Shown here: in pieces, positions 60,328 to 64,000 of the stretch
How the letters are laid out: each line of letters begins with the position of its first letter
Numbering within the stretch: the stretch's first letter is position 1
From: Acidobacteriota bacterium
Lineage (GTDB): Bacteria > Acidobacteriota > UBA6911 > RPQK01 > JAPXNP01
Assembly (NCBI GenBank): GCA_037388505.1
Contig: JARRKC010000002.1
Coordinates: forward strand, 25,320-89,319
Length of the DNA stretch: 64,000 nucleotides
Direction: 5' to 3'
Position numbers and translations under genes: made by a program
The notes under the pieces: generated by a model
Database searches by the model: none
Told to the model about the DNA's origin: nothing
Seen by the model: the letters and a program-made list of their open reading frames with translations, nothing else

Positions 60328-60602
60328 CGCGGATCGGTTTCCTGCCTTCCGGGTGATTCCCCTCGTTGTTGGCGGGAGCAGGCCGTCAGTGGGCACGTCG
60401 CCCTTCAGGATTTTCGTTCGGCATCTCCGAAAAGGCTTGATTGGCCCGTGGGCAGCGCGTATTACGGAAGCTGGAAGGATACGAACCCGAGCTTGCACTG
60501 GAACCGTTCGGTAACACCGTCCTCTCAGGTGTCTTCACACCTCGGGACGCTCGCCTGCCGGATTCAGGTGACGATCCTTGCACCTCGGGCGCTGAAGGTC
60601 AC

Positions 60603-61235
60603 ATGCTGGTCCGACATTTCATGACATCCGATCCATTTACGTTCTCACCGGCGGTAAGCTGCCGCGATGCTCTCCAGGAGATGTCGAGCAGACGCATCCG
60701 GCGGGCCCCGGTCCTGGAAGGGAAGCGGATGGTCGGCATCGTGAGCGAACGTGATCTGCTTCGTGTCTTGCCCTTCGGTTCCGGGCCGACCGGCGGTGGG
60801 AACGGAACGACAGACCGAGAGGTTTCCGTGTCCGAGGCCATGACGACGAATGTGTACTCGGTCCATCCCAACGATCATCTGGAATCCGTGGCACGACTCA
60901 TGCTCACGCGCAAGATCGGCGGTGTCCCCGTCGTGGAGGAGGGGATCCTGAAGGGGATGATCACGGAATCGGACATTTTCAAGGCCCTTTGGGGGATCTT
61001 TCAGGTCGGCGAAGGCTGTCGGCTGCTCTTCGAGGCGGAAGACAAGCAGCACGACTTGACCAGCTATATCCGGCTTTTCCTGGAGCACCACTGCCAGATT
61101 CATGGCCTCCTTCGATACCAGCTCCAAACGGGCACAATCATCTATTACGCCTGTGTGGTGGCTCCCGACCTCGAGTCCCTGTTGCGAGATCTGTGGGATC
61201 TTCCGGGGAAGGTCCTTCTGGTCGAGAGAGATTGA
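60603..61235 (+). CDS. CBS-pair domain protein with C-terminal ACT-like domain (AcuB-like)
   Basis: Two CBS motifs (HFMTSDPFTFSP...APVLEGKRMVGIVSERDLL; AMTTNVYSVHP...GGVPVVEEGILKGMITESDIF). ATG at 60603; the ORF is open from 60441. Confidence 0.75.
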   Translation: MLVRHFMTSDPFTFSPAVSCRDALQEMSSRRIRRAPVLEGKRMVGIVSERDLLRVLPFGSGPTGGGNGTTDREVSVSEAMTTNVYSVHPNDHLESVARLMLTRKIGGVPVVEEGILKGMITESDIFKALWGIFQVGEGCRLLFEAEDKQHDLTSYIRLFLEHHCQIHGLLRYQLQTGTIIYYACVVAPDLESLLRDLWDLPGKVLLVERD

Positions 61236-61275
61236 AAGGCGGCACCGTTACCGAAGATCGACGACCGGCCCGGTC

Positions 61276-62085
61276 CTACCGATGGAGCAATGTGCCGGTC
61301 TCGGACTCCAGACAGTGAGCGAGGGCTCCTTCCTGCAAGCCGCTCAGGACCTGGAATGCATCGACTCCCTTTTCCAGAAGACGGATCGCATTCTCGACTT
61401 TGGGGACCATACCGTCCACGAAGACACCCTCCAGCAGCAGGCTCCGGGCCTCCTCCAGTTCGAGCTGGGGGATCCGCGTATCCGGATCGGCGGGATCGAG
61501 GTAGATCCCATCCACGTCCGAGACCGACACCAGGCGGCCGGCGCGCAGGGCGAGTGCCAGTTCCGTAGCAACTGTGTCAGCGTTGACGTTCAGGATCTGG
61601 CCCTGGGGACTTCGGCAGAGACAGCTGATCACGGGAACGAATCCGGCCAGCCAGAGTGCATCGATCAAATGCGTATCGACTCCCGTGATCTCCCCGACGA
61701 AACCGAAATCAACAGTCTCCAGACAGCCGTCGATGTTGAGGCTGAGTGGGGCACGACGTCGACTGTTCGTCATGCCGCCGTCGTAGGCTGAGATCCCGAC
61801 GGCACGAACGCCGGCCGCGAGCAAGCTGGCGGTCAGATCGGTATTGATCGAACCGAAAACCATCTTTGCCGCTTCCAGCGTTCGCTCGTCGGTGATTCTC
61901 CTTCCCTGAACCTGCAGGACCGGAATTCCCGTTTGGCGACAGAAGTCGGACAGCTGTTTTCCGCCGCCGTGGATCAAGAGCACTCGATGCCCCTGGCGGG
62001 TCAGGGCATCGATCTGCCGGCCTAACGAGAATCGCAAAGATTCCTGCTCCAATACCTTACCGCTGAGCTTCAGCACGAGCTTCAT
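61276..62085 (-). CDS. argB: acetylglutamate kinase
   Basis: MKLVLKLSGKVLE...VLLIHGGGKQLSD...VPVISCLCRSPQGQILNVNADTVA. Confidence 0.9.
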   Translation of the reverse strand: MKLVLKLSGKVLEQESLRFSLGRQIDALTRQGHRVLLIHGGGKQLSDFCRQTGIPVLQVQGRRITDERTLEAAKMVFGSINTDLTASLLAAGVRAVGISAYDGGMTNSRRRAPLSLNIDGCLETVDFGFVGEITGVDTHLIDALWLAGFVPVISCLCRSPQGQILNVNADTVATELALALRAGRLVSVSDVDGIYLDPADPDTRIPQLELEEARSLLLEGVFVDGMVPKVENAIRLLEKGVDAFQVLSGLQEGALAHCLESETGTLLHR

Positions 62086-63242
62086 ATCGACTGCATCCCT
62101 CCAACGAATTCGTCGACTTCGGTACGGCCCAGGGTCAGAGCGGGCATCAATCGGAGGATGTTCGGATCATTGGAAGTTCCCGTCAGAATTCCCTGTTCGA
62201 ACAGTCCCTGCTGAACTTGCTTGGCAGTGCGGTCGCGCAGGCTGAGGCCGATCAAGAACCCTTCACCGCGGACTTCTTGGACTATGGGAATCCTTCTGAG
62301 TTGTTCGACGAGATACTGAGAAACTTCGGTTACATTCTGCAGGAGGCGTTCTTCCCCGATCACGTTCAAGGTTGCGAGAATGGCCGCACAGGCAGCGGGA
62401 TTTCCCCCGAAGGTGGTGCCGAGATCGCCCTTCTTCACCCGGGCGGCCAGATCCCGTGTAAGAAGGAGTGCTCCTGCGGGGTAGCCCGACGCAATCCCTT
62501 TGGCCAGGCTCGTCAGATCCGGAAGTATCCCGAGCTTCTGGGAGTAAAGGAAAGAAGTACCGGTGCGGCCGACGCCGGTCTGAATCTCATCGAAAATCAG
62601 GAGAGCGCCGTTGTTGCGGCAGGCCTGCTCGATCTCCATCAGACACGCAGGCGGGATGACGACCACGCCGCCCATGCTCTGAATTGGCTCGACGAGTACG
62701 GCGGCGGTGGAAGGCGAGATATGTTTCGGAATGTCGGATGCCGGCAAAATGGTGTGACCCGGGACTGGCGTGTTCAGATACTCCCGGTAGCGGTCGATTC
62801 CGGTCGCCGAGAGACTCCCATACGTGCGTCCGTGGAAAGAGCCCTGACAGGAAATCACCTCGGTTCGACCTGTCAATGCGCGAGCCAGCTTGATGGCATT
62901 CTCATTGGCTTCGGCGCCGGAATTGACGAGGAGGACCTGCTGGTACGGCTCCGCCAACTGAATCAGCTTCTCCACGGCGCTGGCCCGCACCGAATTGTAG
63001 GTGGCATTCGAATAGAAAATCAGTTCGTGCAGCTGGCGGCTGACGGACTCGACGACCCTGGGGTGACAGTGGCCGGTCGAGGTCACGGCATGGCCGGCAT
63101 AGAGATCGAGAAAGCGCCGGCCCTGTTGATCGAAGACGTAGCAGCCTTCCCCCCGGTCGACGACGATGGGGAGCTTGGCGTAGACGTTCAGTTGATAGCG
63201 ATCTTCCTGCTCCATCGTGGAGAGTGTGTCGGTCGTCTTCAT
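62082..63242 (-). CDS. argD: acetylornithine aminotransferase (class III aminotransferase)
   Basis: LLVNSGAEANENAIKLARALTGR...; PLP-lysine region IFDEIQTGVGRTGTSFLYSQKLGILPDLTSLAKGIASG. 4-nt overlap with argB. Confidence 0.8.
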   Translation of the reverse strand: MKTTDTLSTMEQEDRYQLNVYAKLPIVVDRGEGCYVFDQQGRRFLDLYAGHAVTSTGHCHPRVVESVSRQLHELIFYSNATYNSVRASAVEKLIQLAEPYQQVLLVNSGAEANENAIKLARALTGRTEVISCQGSFHGRTYGSLSATGIDRYREYLNTPVPGHTILPASDIPKHISPSTAAVLVEPIQSMGGVVVIPPACLMEIEQACRNNGALLIFDEIQTGVGRTGTSFLYSQKLGILPDLTSLAKGIASGYPAGALLLTRDLAARVKKGDLGTTFGGNPAACAAILATLNVIGEERLLQNVTEVSQYLVEQLRRIPIVQEVRGEGFLIGLSLRDRTAKQVQQGLFEQGILTGTSNDPNILRLMPALTLGRTEVDEFVGGMQSI

Positions 63243-63245
63243 GGC

Positions 63246-64000
63246 TTACGGGAAAAGCGGCGCCTGATCGATCGCTGTGGTTTCCTCGAAACCACAGAGA
63301 ATATTCATATTCTGAACCGCTTGACCGGCGGCTCCCTTCTGCAAATTGTCGAGCGTCGACCAGACGATCAGGTGCTCTCCGTCGGTCGAAGCCGCGATGT
63401 CGACGTAGTTCGAGTGTTCCACACTGCTGCTGTCCGGCATTCCCGGAATCCAGCGAACGAAAGGTTCGCGGCCATAGTAGTCAGCGTACAGCTCCTCGAT
63501 CTGCGGGGCCGTTTTGGGCGCCTTGAGCTTCAAGTAGTGGCTCGCGAAGATTCCCCGCACCAGGGGTGTGGAATGCGCCTGGAAGATCAGTGGATTGTCG
63601 GAGTTGGCCAGGACTTGGCGCATTTCCGGAAGGTGCTGGTGAGCAAACGGCTTGTACGGGAACAATGAGTGGCTGCGCCGGGGATGATGCGTTCCGGGCG
63701 TCGGTGTTCTGCCTGCTCCCGATGAACCCGTCTTCGAATCGACATAGACGCTGCCGTCGATCCAACTTTCCCGGTAAAGCGGATACAGGGCCAGAATCGT
63801 CGCGGTGGCGAAACAGCCCGGGTTGGCGACCCTGTGTTTCCCGCGGAGCCTGTCGCGACCGATTTCCGGAAGTCCGTAAACGAACTCGGGCAGGCTTTCA
63901 AGGGCGGTCATGGGAAAGCCGTAATAATGCTCGAATTCATCCGGATCGTGGAGTCGGAAATCTCCGCTCAGATCGATCACGATCAGCTCCGCGGGAAGCT
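63246..64000 (-). CDS. argC: N-acetyl-gamma-glutamyl-phosphate reductase, 5'-partial (N-terminus beyond window end)
   Basis: Catalytic cysteine motif RVANPGCFATATILALYPL. The frame stays open to base 64000; about 90 N-terminal residues are missing. Confidence 0.85.
   Translation of the reverse strand, partial: LPAELIVIDLSGDFRLHDPDEFEHYYGFPMTALESLPEFVYGLPEIGRDRLRGKHRVANPGCFATATILALYPLYRESWIDGSVYVDSKTGSSGAGRTPTPGTHHPRRSHSLFPYKPFAHQHLPEMRQVLANSDNPLIFQAHSTPLVRGIFASHYLKLKAPKTAPQIEELYADYYGREPFVRWIPGMPDSSSVEHSNYVDIAASTDGEHLIVWSTLDNLQKGAAGQAVQNMNILCGFEETTAIDQAPLFP

Overview
This is a high-GC bacterial chromosomal window, roughly 60% GC, densely packed with core housekeeping genes. Many long antisense ORFs are compositional artefacts. 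The gene content is tentatively Acidobacteriota-like, at low confidence.

The minus-strand block 13617..4048 is tightly packed: rpsO - pnp - larB - mutS2 - dnaG - rpoD - rho-independent terminator - tRNA(CAU). It continues into a 4-gene module of unknown function: a zinc-ribbon coiled-coil protein, a membrane protein, a secreted VWA protein and a small coiled-coil ORF.

Upstream lie xerC/xerD and an NtrY/NtrX-like sigma54 two-component pair, transcribed divergently from a solitary hydantoinase-A gene. Further along are rlmB-like, gltX, and a plus-strand cluster of: a CarboxypepD_reg-type outer-membrane beta-barrel, a PDZ-7TM-GAF-PAS sensor kinase preceded by a good sigma54 -24/-12 promoter, a sigma54 response regulator, exbB-exbD-exbD and a periplasmic TPR protein, with no TonB.

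Downstream come pta, eno, two glycosyltransferases, smpB, an orphan Hfq-like Sm protein, ricT-holB-tmk, yggS-yggU and a class II B12-dependent ribonucleotide reductase with a candidate NrdR box. Then an ancestral-looking hrcA-grpE-dnaJ-prmA-rsmE operon that has lost dnaK, an RRM protein, an OmpA-like protein, mgtE, an RNase E/G with a large Arg-rich insertion and a long leader, mazG, ribF-gatC-gatA, a CBS protein and argC-argD-argB (argC runs off the window).

There are no CRISPR arrays, rRNAs, transposases or obvious prophage genes. The most unusual items are the OMP / PDZ-sensor / sigma54 / ExbBD / TPR cluster, the Hfq-like orphan, the RNase insertion, and an inverted-repeat palindrome pair between nrdJ and a convergent OMP gene.
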